Source of the DNA: Fidelibacterota bacterium
GTDB taxonomy: Bacteria; Fidelibacterota; Marinisomatia; Marinisomatales; Marinisomataceae
NCBI GenBank assembly: GCA_018672235.1
Contig: JABHGE010000027.1
Coordinates: 1 to 52,395 of the forward strand
Reading direction: 5' to 3'
Length of the DNA: 52,395 nucleotides
The notes under the pieces were generated by a model that was not told the DNA's origin, did not search any database, and worked only from the letters and a program-made list of their open reading frames with translations. Made by a program: the position numbers and the translations under genes. Shown here one piece after another: positions 18,772 through 31,908 of the stretch (the stretch's first letter is position 1; each line of letters starts with the position of its first letter).

Positions 18772-19302
18772 CGCAATTCAGAAAGTAACTGATCTAACAG
18801 TTGGTCAAAATCTCCTCTTGATGCAATAAGCAAATCAATGACTTCTCTGACTGCTCCGTTTCCACCAGTTTTTTTTGTTATATGATGTGCATAGCTTGCA
18901 ATATATTTAGGTGCATTTGGGACAGAAACAGCAAAACCTACTTTTTCTAAAATAGGAATATCGATAATATCATCTCCCATAAAACAAATTTCACTGTCTT
19001 GAAGATTATATTTTTTCTTTAATTCATTATAAGAGTCTATCTTTCTAATGACCCCATTATATACATCATCAATTTGTAATTCTTCTGCTCTTGAGGCTGT
19101 AGTAGCTGATTCTCTTCCGGTAATCCATGCTGTCTTAATATCAAGGTCTAGCAGTCTCAACATTACAAAACCAACGCCATCTAATACATTAAAGCTTTTT
19201 GATTCTTCGCCTGCGGTATCTTTGATAAATTGTCCATCTGTCAGGATGCCGTCGACATCACAAATAAATAGTTTAATATTTTTTAAATTTTTATCCATTT
19301 TT

Positions 19303-19310
<8 letters not shown>
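18768..19310 (-). CDS. kdsC: KDO 8-phosphate phosphatase (HAD superfamily)
   Basis: DVDGILTDG, ITGR, GDDIID, GGNGAVRE. Confidence 0.93.
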
Positions 19311-22411
<3,101 letters not shown>

Positions 22412-22415
<4 letters not shown>

Positions 22416-22723
22416 TGACTTTCCTTCTTTAGCACTAGAGGAACTTTAATATAATCTTCAGATGACTCTGGGCTATTTTCAATAACCGAATCTTTAGATA
22501 AAGGTTTTTCAAATTCATCATCTCTTAATGAGCTTTTCATATCATGTACATTAACCAACTCATCTACATTTTTTGTATCTACCTCATTTAAAAGATCCAT
22601 ATAATCTAATATATTGTTCATGTCTGCTGTATGTTTTACCAATTCTTCCTTTGAAAGTGAGAGTCGTGAAAGTCCCGCTATTTTTTTAACTTCTCTTTGT
22701 GATACTTTTTGTTTTTTTGACAT
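22412..22723 (-). CDS. gatC: Asp-tRNA(Asn)/Glu-tRNA(Gln) amidotransferase subunit C
   Basis: VKKIAGLSRL, LNEVDT, LRDD, NSP...YIKVPLV. Confidence 0.92.
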
Positions 22724-22741
22724 AGTAAGATTATTTAGAAG

Positions 22742-22770
22742 AATTTATAAGATAAGTATCTATCCATCAA
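22742..22770 (-). promoter_or_regulatory. Putative sigma70 promoter of the gatC-kdsB-pyrG-kdsA-kdsC-lptCB-rpoN-argF operon
   Basis: TTGATG-17-TAAATT, 18 nt upstream of the gatC ATG. Confidence 0.4.
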
Positions 22771-22788
22771 GGAAAAGCAAAAGACTGA

Positions 22789-24054
22789 TTAATCGTAACG
22801 CATTGAATCGATAGGATTTAAATTGGACGCTTTAATAGCAGGATATAATCCAAATATAATTCCCATTGATGCACAAATCTGAATGCTATAAAAAACCCAA
22901 TTTAATGGAATAACAGGATCTTGCCCTAAAAAAAATGCAACAACATTACCGAAGGCTAAACCTAAAATGATTCCAACTATTCCTCCAAGAAGTGATATTA
23001 AAATTGCTTCAATTAAGAATTGCAAAAATATATCAATCTTTCTCGCTCCAAGAGCTTTACGTACACCAATTTCCTTGATTCGTTCTGTAAGAGAAACCAG
23101 CATAATATTTGCAATTCCAATGCCAGCAACTAATAAAGAAATTCCAGCAACTAAGCCGATAAAAAGAGTTAGAGATCCTGCAAAGTCTCCAAAAGTATCC
23201 ATCAATTGATCATTGGTTGCGATATAAAAATTATTCTCTCCACCTGGAGGAATTTTTCGAATTGCACGAAATACACCAACTGCTTCATCTGTGGCTGCAT
23301 CTATGGTATCCATTGATTCAGATTCTAATATTAACATTATGTCTGCTCTTCTCCATTTTTTACCACTAAAATATTGTAAAAAAGTAGAGATTGGCACGCC
23401 AATCATTGCATCCATACTTTGACCTAGCATCTCGCCTTTTGGTGCTAACAAACCAATAACTTGAAATGGAAGATTATCAATTTTAATAGTCTCTCCTACT
23501 GGATCTGAATAAGGAAATAATTCTTCTTTAATATCGTACCCAATCAGAGCAACACGTGTACTGTTATCTATATCTTGTTGATTTAGGTTTCTTCCACTAA
23601 CAATCTCATACTTATTCAATGAAAGCATGGCGGCATCACCACCCCAAAAACTAGTTAACTTATTGTTTAATTCATTTTTACCAACACTAATTGTACGCTC
23701 ACTAGGCTCTTCTGCTACTGTTGCTGATATATTTTTTGTAAGAGATAAAGAGCGTTTTAACTGCTCATATTCTGACCATGTAATATTTGGTTTATTACGA
23801 TCGCCTCGACCGTGACCTCCAAAACTAATTTGAACTGGATTATCTTTTGTAATATAAAAAACATTAGTTTTCATATCGCTAACTAAACCATCATAAGATT
23901 TTTCAAAAGTTGCTAGCACAGTCATAATAGCAATAATAGATGATACTCCAACTGTAATACCTAGAAGAGTTAATGATGTACGCAACTTAGTTTGACCAAA
24001 ATAATATAAGACTCCACCAACAGCATCTCTTAGATAATTGATAATTCTATTCAT
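22789..24054 (-). CDS. MacB/FtsX-family ABC transporter permease
   Basis: LTLLGITVGV, GIGIANIMLVSLTERIKEIGVRKALGA, PAIKASNLNPI; start moved to the ATG at 24054. Confidence 0.95.
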   Translation of the reverse strand: MNRIINYLRDAVGGVLYYFGQTKLRTSLTLLGITVGVSSIIAIMTVLATFEKSYDGLVSDMKTNVFYITKDNPVQISFGGHGRGDRNKPNITWSEYEQLKRSLSLTKNISATVAEEPSERTISVGKNELNNKLTSFWGGDAAMLSLNKYEIVSGRNLNQQDIDNSTRVALIGYDIKEELFPYSDPVGETIKIDNLPFQVIGLLAPKGEMLGQSMDAMIGVPISTFLQYFSGKKWRRADIMLILESESMDTIDAATDEAVGVFRAIRKIPPGGENNFYIATNDQLMDTFGDFAGSLTLFIGLVAGISLLVAGIGIANIMLVSLTERIKEIGVRKALGARKIDIFLQFLIEAILISLLGGIVGIILGLAFGNVVAFFLGQDPVIPLNWVFYSIQICASMGIIFGLYPAIKASNLNPIDSMRYD

Positions 24055-25267
24055 GGCGTAATGCATCAATTGGATTCAAATTAGCTGCTGTTCTTGCTGG
24101 AACCATACCAGCTGATACTCCTATAAAAACACAAATCATAAAAGTGTAAAAAATTAATAATAGATCAAAATCAATTGGAAGAGGAGAAAATGCTGATAAT
24201 GCCATCGTAATCAACTTTACTAAAATAATTCCTGTGCTACCTCCGATAATTGATATAGCAACTGCTTCACTTAAAAATTGTATTAAGATATTATTGTTGG
24301 TTGCTCCTATTGCTTTTCTTAGTCCAATTTCTCGAGTACGCTCTCTAACAGATACAAACATTACATTCATAATGCCAATAGCAGATACTACAAGAGATAT
24401 GCCTGTCACTAGAAATCCCATTCCAGCAATGGCAATCTTAATTGCATCAAATTGTTCTTGATAAGCATCGGCAGAGTTCACAGAAAAATTATCATCTTCA
24501 TCTGGCTTTAATTTTCTCGCCAATCTCATAATCATTCCCACTTCTTCTTTAGCTTTTAACATATCTTCTGGTTTGGTTTTTAGAACTAATTCATCAAAAC
24601 CCCATCTGGTTAAAATGCGACTAAAAGTGGAAGAAGGCATAATAACTAAATTATCTAGAGTTCCGCCAGGAACCATCCCCATTCCTTGCTTTTTTAACTC
24701 TCCTATGACCTCAAATGTAACATTGTTCAGTCTTATTTTTTTTCCAATAGGATTTTCTCCATCAAAAAAACCATCTCTTACTGTACCGCCAACAATAACT
24801 ACTCTTCTCTGTAAATCCCATTCATTCTGTGAAAAAAATCTTCCATTTACAATTTTAGTCCCACTCAACATTTCATCATATCCCGGATATACGCCATTGA
24901 GCTGCAACCATGAAGATTTATTTCCGAAAGATCCTCTAGTCCATGTATTCTTCTTTATACTTACATCTGTAACATAGGTACTATATTTTGTAATGTATTC
25001 AAGGGAGTCTTCGTCGATTTTTGGACGATTACGATATTGCCACCAATCGAATTCAAATGACCAAGGCCATGTACCAACATAAATCTTATCATTTCCATAA
25101 TATTCCATAGATTTATCAAATTCTTTATCGATACTTGATACACCTGCAGTAACTATACTCACAGTGAAAATACCAATAGTTAGACCTAGGGAAGTTAAAA
25201 TGACCCTTGTTAGATTTGCTCTAACTGCTGCAAGGCCAATTAATATATTTTTGAATATACTATTCAT
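24047..25267 (-). CDS. MacB/FtsX-family ABC transporter permease (second paralog)
   Basis: [40 protein letters not shown]. Confidence 0.95.
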   Translation of the reverse strand: MNSIFKNILIGLAAVRANLTRVILTSLGLTIGIFTVSIVTAGVSSIDKEFDKSMEYYGNDKIYVGTWPWSFEFDWWQYRNRPKIDEDSLEYITKYSTYVTDVSIKKNTWTRGSFGNKSSWLQLNGVYPGYDEMLSGTKIVNGRFFSQNEWDLQRRVVIVGGTVRDGFFDGENPIGKKIRLNNVTFEVIGELKKQGMGMVPGGTLDNLVIMPSSTFSRILTRWGFDELVLKTKPEDMLKAKEEVGMIMRLARKLKPDEDDNFSVNSADAYQEQFDAIKIAIAGMGFLVTGISLVVSAIGIMNVMFVSVRERTREIGLRKAIGATNNNILIQFLSEAVAISIIGGSTGIILVKLITMALSAFSPLPIDFDLLLIFYTFMICVFIGVSAGMVPARTAANLNPIDALRHE

Positions 25268-25949
25268 CTACAACAATTTTTCCGTCAAAAAGCTCTACTC
25301 TTCTTTTTGCTCTTTTTGCTACTGACTCTTCATGAGTAACAATAATTAATGTATTGCCAGCTTTATGTAATTCATCAAAAAAATTCAAAATTTCAACTCC
25401 ACTTTTTGAATCTAAATTTCCCGTAGGTTCATCAGCTAAAATAATAGATGGTTTATTAGCTAATGCACGTGCAATTGCAACACGCTGTCTTTGTCCGCCA
25501 GATAGTTCGTTTGGTTTATGAGTCATTCGATCAGATAGTCCAACAATCCTAAGCGCTTCTTCTGCACGTTCAAGTCTCTCCGTTCTACCTAATGAAGAAT
25601 AAATCAATGGCACTTCGACATTTTGAAGAGAAGTAAGTTTTGGTAATAAGTTAAATGTCTGAAAAACAAAACCAATTTTTTCATTTCTGATATTAGCAAG
25701 TTGACTGTCATTCATTTCGGATATTAGCTCATTACTAAATTTGTAGACTCCTTTTGTAGGAACATCTAAACAGCCAATAATATTCATTAATGTTGATTTT
25801 CCAGAACCAGACGGCCCCATAATAGAAATAAAGTCATTTTCATAAATACTGATAGAAACATTATCTAAAGCTTTTACAACATTATCACCTAGATGATATA
25901 TCTTAGATATTGAATCTATGGCTATAATTTCTTTTTTTGATTTAGGCAT
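25260..25949 (-). CDS. ABC transporter ATP-binding protein (MacB/LolD-type)
   Basis: [42 protein letters not shown]. Confidence 0.97.
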   Translation of the reverse strand: MPKSKKEIIAIDSISKIYHLGDNVVKALDNVSISIYENDFISIMGPSGSGKSTLMNIIGCLDVPTKGVYKFSNELISEMNDSQLANIRNEKIGFVFQTFNLLPKLTSLQNVEVPLIYSSLGRTERLERAEEALRIVGLSDRMTHKPNELSGGQRQRVAIARALANKPSIILADEPTGNLDSKSGVEILNFFDELHKAGNTLIIVTHEESVAKRAKRRVELFDGKIVVDE

Positions 25950-25963
25950 TATACTTCTAAGCT

Positions 25964-27217
25964 CTAATTACCTGAACCTGGTCTACCGCCACCACGCTTA
26001 TAACTATTTTCAGATTGTTTCTTAATAGTAATGGCTGCTCCATCATATAGATCTCTACTAATTGCTACAAATCCTCCTATAACAATTTCTTCCCCTTCTT
26101 CAAGACCAGATAGTACTTCATAGTCTCTATCTCCAACAATTCCTACTTCTACAAAACGTTGCTCTACAATATTTTCATTCACAACAAATACAACAGTTCT
26201 CTTTTTATTGCTTCTTTTGTTATTTGTAACTGGTCTACTTTCATTTGAGTCTAACTCTACTGTAAATGATGCTTTAGATTCAGATTTTTTTTCTGATTTT
26301 CTAGGCGTAGTCAGAGATTGAATCGGAATTGAAAGTGTTTGATTGCGTTGTTCTGTAATAATTTCAACAGTAGCACTCATTCCAGGGCGCATACCATCCA
26401 CAACTTCTAACATCTGTATTTTCACTTGGAAATTAGTGACTTGCTGCTGAGAGCCGCCACTAGATACACTAGAAGCATATGCTACTTCTTTAACTACTCC
26501 CTTAAATATCTGATCTTGATATGCATCTACCTCTACCATGGCAATATCGTTAATAGAAATATCTGCAATATCATTTTCATTTACATTTACATAAACTTCC
26601 ATTTTTGAAAGATCTGATAATTTCAATAATACACTTGGATTGAACATACCACCCTGCGCTAAATCTCCCACTTCTCCATCTATAAATGTGATAGTTCCGT
26701 CTTGAGGTGCAATTAATCTTAATTTTGAAAGAGCATCTTCATCTTGAATATATCTTGCTTCGGATGCATTGAATGAACTTAAAGCAGAAGCGTAAGATGA
26801 ATTTATATTCTCCATATCTTGATCGGAGATTAAGCCATCTCTGTACAATTCTTCTTGACGTGATTTTTTAATGTTTGCATTATTTAGACTTACTTTTGCC
26901 GCTTCTACTCCTGCTTTAGACGCTTGTGTTGCAGCTTTTTGTTGACGATCATCTAGGGACATTAAAAAGTCGCCTTTTTGTACGAAATCACCTTCTTTTA
27001 CAGCAATATCTGTGATATAGGTTGTATTATTTGCACTTAATTTTACTTCTGTCTCTGGGGTTAATACTCCATCAGCAACTACCTTGCTTTCTAGATTTTT
27101 TCTTTCAAGCTTCATGGTAGAAACTTCAATGGACCCATCATCATTTGATGAAGACATAAAATATGCACCTAAGCATAATACTAAAACACCCAACCCAGCT
27201 TTCATCTTATTATTCAC
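25964..27217 (-). CDS. MacA-like periplasmic adaptor (membrane fusion protein)
   Basis: [31 protein letters not shown] start after an AAGGAG RBS. Confidence 0.93.
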   Translation of the reverse strand: MNNKMKAGLGVLVLCLGAYFMSSSNDDGSIEVSTMKLERKNLESKVVADGVLTPETEVKLSANNTTYITDIAVKEGDFVQKGDFLMSLDDRQQKAATQASKAGVEAAKVSLNNANIKKSRQEELYRDGLISDQDMENINSSYASALSSFNASEARYIQDEDALSKLRLIAPQDGTITFIDGEVGDLAQGGMFNPSVLLKLSDLSKMEVYVNVNENDIADISINDIAMVEVDAYQDQIFKGVVKEVAYASSVSSGGSQQQVTNFQVKIQMLEVVDGMRPGMSATVEIITEQRNQTLSIPIQSLTTPRKSEKKSESKASFTVELDSNESRPVTNNKRSNKKRTVVFVVNENIVEQRFVEVGIVGDRDYEVLSGLEEGEEIVIGGFVAISRDLYDGAAITIKKQSENSYKRGGGRPGSGN

Positions 27218-27226
27218 ATTTTCTCC

Positions 27227-28498
27227 TTATTCATATTTTTTATCTAATGTTCCAAGCAAATTATCCAAATTGGCTACTTGGATTGCTGCATCATATTTAG
27301 TTCTTACTAAACTTGAACTAGCTTGAATTAATGCTAATTGTGCATCTAAAAGCTCTAAAATGCTTGCTGAACCTAATTCATATCTTTGTTGTGCTAATCT
27401 CAGATCTTCTTCAGCTGAAAGCAGTACTTCTTCTTGTATAGGAATAATTTCTTGATAATTATTTAATGTATTAACCAACGCATACAAATTTACTTGGGCG
27501 CTTTGTTTTCCAGTGCTAGAACGCGTCTCCGCTTGATCTAATTGTAATTTTGATATTTGGATCGAATTCTTATTTCTAAATCCAGAAAAAATAGGAATAC
27601 TTACTGAAATGTTTGCACTCTTGATATAGTTATCATCAAAATAAGTTCTCGTGATTTGATCGCTTGAAGATGCATTCATACCCACACTCATATTTACACT
27701 AGGCAAACTAGAACTCCATGCTTTTTTTACGTTAATCTGTGCTCCTGAAACCTGGTTATCTAGTATATTTAAATCAGGGCTATTTGCCATCATCAAACTG
27801 TAGGCTTCATCAAAAGTAGGAACAACTAGCGTAAGGTCCATTTTATCTTCAATATTTATGACTACGTTACTATTCAGAAGTCCCATACTATGTCGTAAAG
27901 ATTTTTCAGAATTCTTTTTAGTTAACTCTCTGGATAGAAAACTAGACCTTGAGGTTCCATAGCGGACTGACGCTTTCAAATAATCTGTTTTGCTAACCGC
28001 TCCTAAATTATATTGCTTTTCAACTAACTCGAGTTGCTTTTTAGATAATTCTAAGTCCTTACCAGCTATATCAAACAGTTCAGAGTTCTTTAAGTATTGA
28101 TAATAGTACGTATAGACATCTAATATGATACGTGCTTTTGCCTGTCGTTTTTGTTCTTTTGCGGTATTGTAGTTATTATCACTTTGCTTAAGAGTATTTA
28201 TTTTAGTTCCAAAATTAAATAAACTTTGAGATAGACTTAATCCCCCGCTATATCTTTCAGAAGCTTCCGAAGAACTATTTCCGTATGTTGTCTCGCTAAA
28301 TGAATTACTTGCATTTATTGATGGAAGCATTAAAGCTCCAGTTGAAGCACGATTCAATCTTGCAATTGCTACGTCTTGGTCTGCTCTTTTAAGTGATGTT
28401 TTATTTTCAAGTGCAATACGCACACATTCATCTACAGTTAATGACTGTGCTATAGATGTTGAAATAAATAGTAAAATGGTTAATATATGTTTGCTCAT
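27227..28498 (-). CDS. TolC-family outer-membrane efflux channel
   Basis: Signal peptide, two OEP repeats, YNLGAVS and RYELGSASILELLDAQ. Confidence 0.93.
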   Translation of the reverse strand: MSKHILTILLFISTSIAQSLTVDECVRIALENKTSLKRADQDVAIARLNRASTGALMLPSINASNSFSETTYGNSSSEASERYSGGLSLSQSLFNFGTKINTLKQSDNNYNTAKEQKRQAKARIILDVYTYYYQYLKNSELFDIAGKDLELSKKQLELVEKQYNLGAVSKTDYLKASVRYGTSRSSFLSRELTKKNSEKSLRHSMGLLNSNVVINIEDKMDLTLVVPTFDEAYSLMMANSPDLNILDNQVSGAQINVKKAWSSSLPSVNMSVGMNASSSDQITRTYFDDNYIKSANISVSIPIFSGFRNKNSIQISKLQLDQAETRSSTGKQSAQVNLYALVNTLNNYQEIIPIQEEVLLSAEEDLRLAQQRYELGSASILELLDAQLALIQASSSLVRTKYDAAIQVANLDNLLGTLDKKYE

Positions 28499-28514
28499 AA
28501 TTTCCTATCATATT

Positions 28515-28542
28515 TTAGACTGATAAAGTAGCTAAAAGTTTC
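28515..28542 (-). promoter_or_regulatory. Putative ECF-sigma promoter of the TolC/MacAB operon
   Basis: GAAAC-17 nt-GTCTAA (equivalently AAACTT-16-TCTAA), followed by an AGGA RBS and the ATG at 28498. Confidence 0.55.
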
Positions 28543-28609
28543 GTAATAAAAAATAATATTCAATGTCTTTTACATATGACTACTATAAAGACAAAAAGTA
28601 AAATAATAA

Positions 28610-30040
28610 TTAATTAAATTTTTTGTTTTTTTTCAAGGTTTTTAACATAGATAAGGCATCTGAATGTGTATTGTTAATCTCTCCGTTCAATATTGCTTCC
28701 TCAATAATTTTTTTTATTTCTCCAACCTTTTTACCTGCAGATAAATTGAACATTTTCATAATTTCATTCCCTCTTACAGGAGATTGAAATGCTCGCAATT
28801 CATCGGACTCAATCACTTCATGCATACGTTTTTCTACGTGATCAAAATTGGATAAATATTTTTTAACATTATTTGGATTCTTGGTAGTAATATCAGCTCG
28901 ACATAATAACATCAAATCTTGTGCATCTTCTTGTGCATCTACAATTAATCTTCGAATAGCAGAATCTGTTACTTCTTTTTTTGCCAAGCTAATAGGTCGT
29001 AAATGCAATGCTGTCAGCTTAACGATATAGTCTCTTGTCTTATTAGAAAATTTCATACGTTCTGATATTTTTTTTAGCATACGAGCACCGTAATCATCGT
29101 GTCCATAAAAAGTATACCCTTTCTTTTTATCTATTCTTCTGGTTTTAGGTTTTGCAATATCATGGACCAAAGCTGCCAACCTTAGATCTAATTTACTGGA
29201 CAATTTTGCGGCATTATCGACTACTTCCAATGTGTGAAAAAATATATCTTTATGATGATATTCGCTATTTTGATCTAAGCCATACATGATTGAAATCTCT
29301 GGGAAGACATATTCAAGTAACCCAACTTCTTGAAGTAAAATAAATCCAATAGAAGGTTTATTTGTGCCTAAAATTTTTAACAGTTCATTAGTTATTCTTT
29401 CTTGAGAAACTATTGATATTCTTTCAGCATTATTTTTTATCGACTGTAGACATTTTTTGTCTATTTCCATTTCTAATTTTGCAGAAAAGTATGCTGCTCT
29501 CATCATACGCAATGGATCATCTGAAAATGTTACATCAGAATTAGTCATAGGGGTTCTTAGTATTTTTGCATTTAAATCTTTAAAGCCATCAAAAGGATCA
29601 ATAAGTGTCCCCATATTATTTTTCTGTAAAGAAATTGCCATAGCATTGACAGTAAAATCTCTACGCTGTAAATCTTCATTAATATCAGTCATAATAATAT
29701 CTTTTGGCTTGCGTGATTCTGGATCATATGACTCTAATCGAGCAGAAGCAACTTCAATTTCACATTCTTTGTATGGTATGCGAGCTGTAGCAAATTTTGG
29801 AAATGGGACTACCGTAGATACATTTAATTTTTTAGCTAACTGATGAGCAAATGCAATCCCATCACCTTCAACCATAATATCAATATCTGCTGAATGTTTT
29901 TCTGGCTCTAATAGTAAATCTCTAACACAGCCACCAACCAAAAAAGCTGGCACTTTTATTTCTTTAGATAGATCGCTAATTACTGTAGATATGCGATACA
30001 GTCGTTTATTTTCCTTAAGTATGTCTTTAATTACAGTCAT
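28610..30040 (-). CDS. cca: CCA tRNA nucleotidyltransferase with HD domain
   Basis: VGGCVRD, DIDI, EDLQRRDFTVNAMA, DDPLRMMRA, HDIAK. Confidence 0.9.
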   Translation of the reverse strand: MTVIKDILKENKRLYRISTVISDLSKEIKVPAFLVGGCVRDLLLEPEKHSADIDIMVEGDGIAFAHQLAKKLNVSTVVPFPKFATARIPYKECEIEVASARLESYDPESRKPKDIIMTDINEDLQRRDFTVNAMAISLQKNNMGTLIDPFDGFKDLNAKILRTPMTNSDVTFSDDPLRMMRAAYFSAKLEMEIDKKCLQSIKNNAERISIVSQERITNELLKILGTNKPSIGFILLQEVGLLEYVFPEISIMYGLDQNSEYHHKDIFFHTLEVVDNAAKLSSKLDLRLAALVHDIAKPKTRRIDKKKGYTFYGHDDYGARMLKKISERMKFSNKTRDYIVKLTALHLRPISLAKKEVTDSAIRRLIVDAQEDAQDLMLLCRADITTKNPNNVKKYLSNFDHVEKRMHEVIESDELRAFQSPVRGNEIMKMFNLSAGKKVGEIKKIIEEAILNGEINNTHSDALSMLKTLKKNKKFN

Positions 30041-30070
30041 TTTGTAAATTAAAAAATATATCTATCTATT

Positions 30071-30913
30071 ATGCTAGAAAAACTAAATAAATATATTGCA
30101 TTATTTTTCTTCTTTTCGCTACTGAGTGCTCAATTCAAAGAAGCGTCCGTTTCATTTGATGATCGCCTATTAAAAGCAGATGAAAAAGTATCTTTATTTC
30201 AATTGCAAAACAATATTAAAAAGTTTTATGAATACACAGTTTGGAATGAAGATTATCGTGATTTAGATATTAATATCAATGTTCAAATTCTTTTTGAGGG
30301 AAATGCTAATATAGGAAGCTCTCAAGCATATGGCATTCAATCTCTATTTAGCAACAATAAAGATCTACACTTTTTTGACAAAGGATCAAACTTTGTTCTA
30401 AGCCAAAATAATTCACTTTATTATGATAGTGTTTATTTTGACCCTTTATCAAGTTTATTGGGATTTTATGGCAATATTATCCTGGGAGCAGAGTTGGATA
30501 CCTGGTCTAATCTAGGCGGTAACAGTCATTATGAGAAAGCGCGATCAATCGCTGTCCGTGCCAGCGCTTCTAATTTTTCAAGAGGCTGGGATCAACGTAT
30601 TGTCCTTATCAATCTTTTAACAGAAAATCTTGGGCTAAGAAAGCTACGATTTTCAACATACCTAGCATATGAACTTTTTGAGAATGGAGAGATTGATGCA
30701 TGTGGAGATGCTCTAAATAGTATAGTAGCCAACCTAGATGAAGTAGTTGATAATTATAATCAAGAAAACTATACTAATACATTTTTAAAATTTCATGGTA
30801 AAAAAATTGGTGAAATAATGCAAAAACTAGGTCAAAAGAAGTTACTTCAAGAAATGATTTACCTAGATTCACAACGAGACAATATTTATAAAGAATTATT
30901 ACTATCAATCTGA
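30071..30913 (+). CDS. DUF4835-family exported protein (PorD-like)
   Basis: Signal peptide; LSSLLGFYGNIILGAELDT...GG and GW segments resemble Bacteroidota DUF4835. Confidence 0.65.
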   Translation: MLEKLNKYIALFFFFSLLSAQFKEASVSFDDRLLKADEKVSLFQLQNNIKKFYEYTVWNEDYRDLDININVQILFEGNANIGSSQAYGIQSLFSNNKDLHFFDKGSNFVLSQNNSLYYDSVYFDPLSSLLGFYGNIILGAELDTWSNLGGNSHYEKARSIAVRASASNFSRGWDQRIVLINLLTENLGLRKLRFSTYLAYELFENGEIDACGDALNSIVANLDEVVDNYNQENYTNTFLKFHGKKIGEIMQKLGQKKLLQEMIYLDSQRDNIYKELLLSI

Positions 30914-31908
30914 GAAAAGTATTTTTTCCTTTTAATAAAATAATCTATCGCTATACTCTTATTGTAAATATTATCTAACTGAATAATATGATTATTCTTT
31001 CTAATTTTTATAATCTTAATTAAAGAAAATAATATCCATATTTCTGCATATATTATTGCAATAAATCTTGTGAAATCAAAAGTTAGGGCTGAATAAATTA
31101 AAGCCATCCAATCTAATACTAACCTCTTCAGTATCAAGATTCCACAATCAAAAGTAAAAGAATTTTTTAAAAATAAAATCCAAGAATTTCTATGGTTAAG
31201 ATAGTGAGACTTTACTGTATTTTCTTTAATTGTTTGCTTTCCATAATGATATACATAAGCATTGGGAATAGACCAAATTTTATATCCTAACGCTTGTGCC
31301 CTCCAACATAAATCTATTTCTTCCATATAAGCAAAATACACTTCATCAAATCCATTTAATTGATTGAAAATATCAGCTCTAACAATCATAGCAGCACCTG
31401 AAGACCAAAATATTTCTGAAGGCTCATCATATTGACCGGTATCTTTTTCTAAGGTATTGAACAAACGTCCCTTAACATAAGGGAAACCAAAACGATCAAT
31501 AAATCCTCCTGCCCCACCAGCATAATCAAAATACTCCTTATTATTAATATTTAAAACCTTAGGTTGGGCGGCAAAAGTATCTGGATGTTTTTCTAAGAAA
31601 TCTACTAATTTTTCTATCCACCTATCCGAATGCTCGGTATCATTATTTAGAAATATTAAATATTTTCCTTTTGCCTGTTGTGCTCCAATATTACACCCTC
31701 CGCTATACCCAATATTTTCTTTATTACTAACAATGACTACATCAGAAAATATGTCTTTTATATTTTTAACAGAATCATCGGTAGATGCATTGTCTACTAC
31801 AACAATTTCAAAATTATCGATATTGATATTTTGATAGATAGAAGAAATACAATTATGTAAAAGTTTTTTTCCGTTATAATGAGGAATAATAATTGAAACT
31901 ATTTTCAT
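30886..31908 (-). CDS. Family 2 glycosyltransferase (WbbL/rhamnosyltransferase-like)
   Basis: IIIPHYN, VVDNAS, FLNND, FDYAGGAGG, SGAA, EEIDLCWR. Confidence 0.93.
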   Translation of the reverse strand: MKIVSIIIPHYNGKKLLHNCISSIYQNINIDNFEIVVVDNASTDDSVKNIKDIFSDVVIVSNKENIGYSGGCNIGAQQAKGKYLIFLNNDTEHSDRWIEKLVDFLEKHPDTFAAQPKVLNINNKEYFDYAGGAGGFIDRFGFPYVKGRLFNTLEKDTGQYDEPSEIFWSSGAAMIVRADIFNQLNGFDEVYFAYMEEIDLCWRAQALGYKIWSIPNAYVYHYGKQTIKENTVKSHYLNHRNSWILFLKNSFTFDCGILILKRLVLDWMALIYSALTFDFTRFIAIIYAEIWILFSLIKIIKIRKNNHIIQLDNIYNKSIAIDYFIKRKKYFSQIDSNNSL

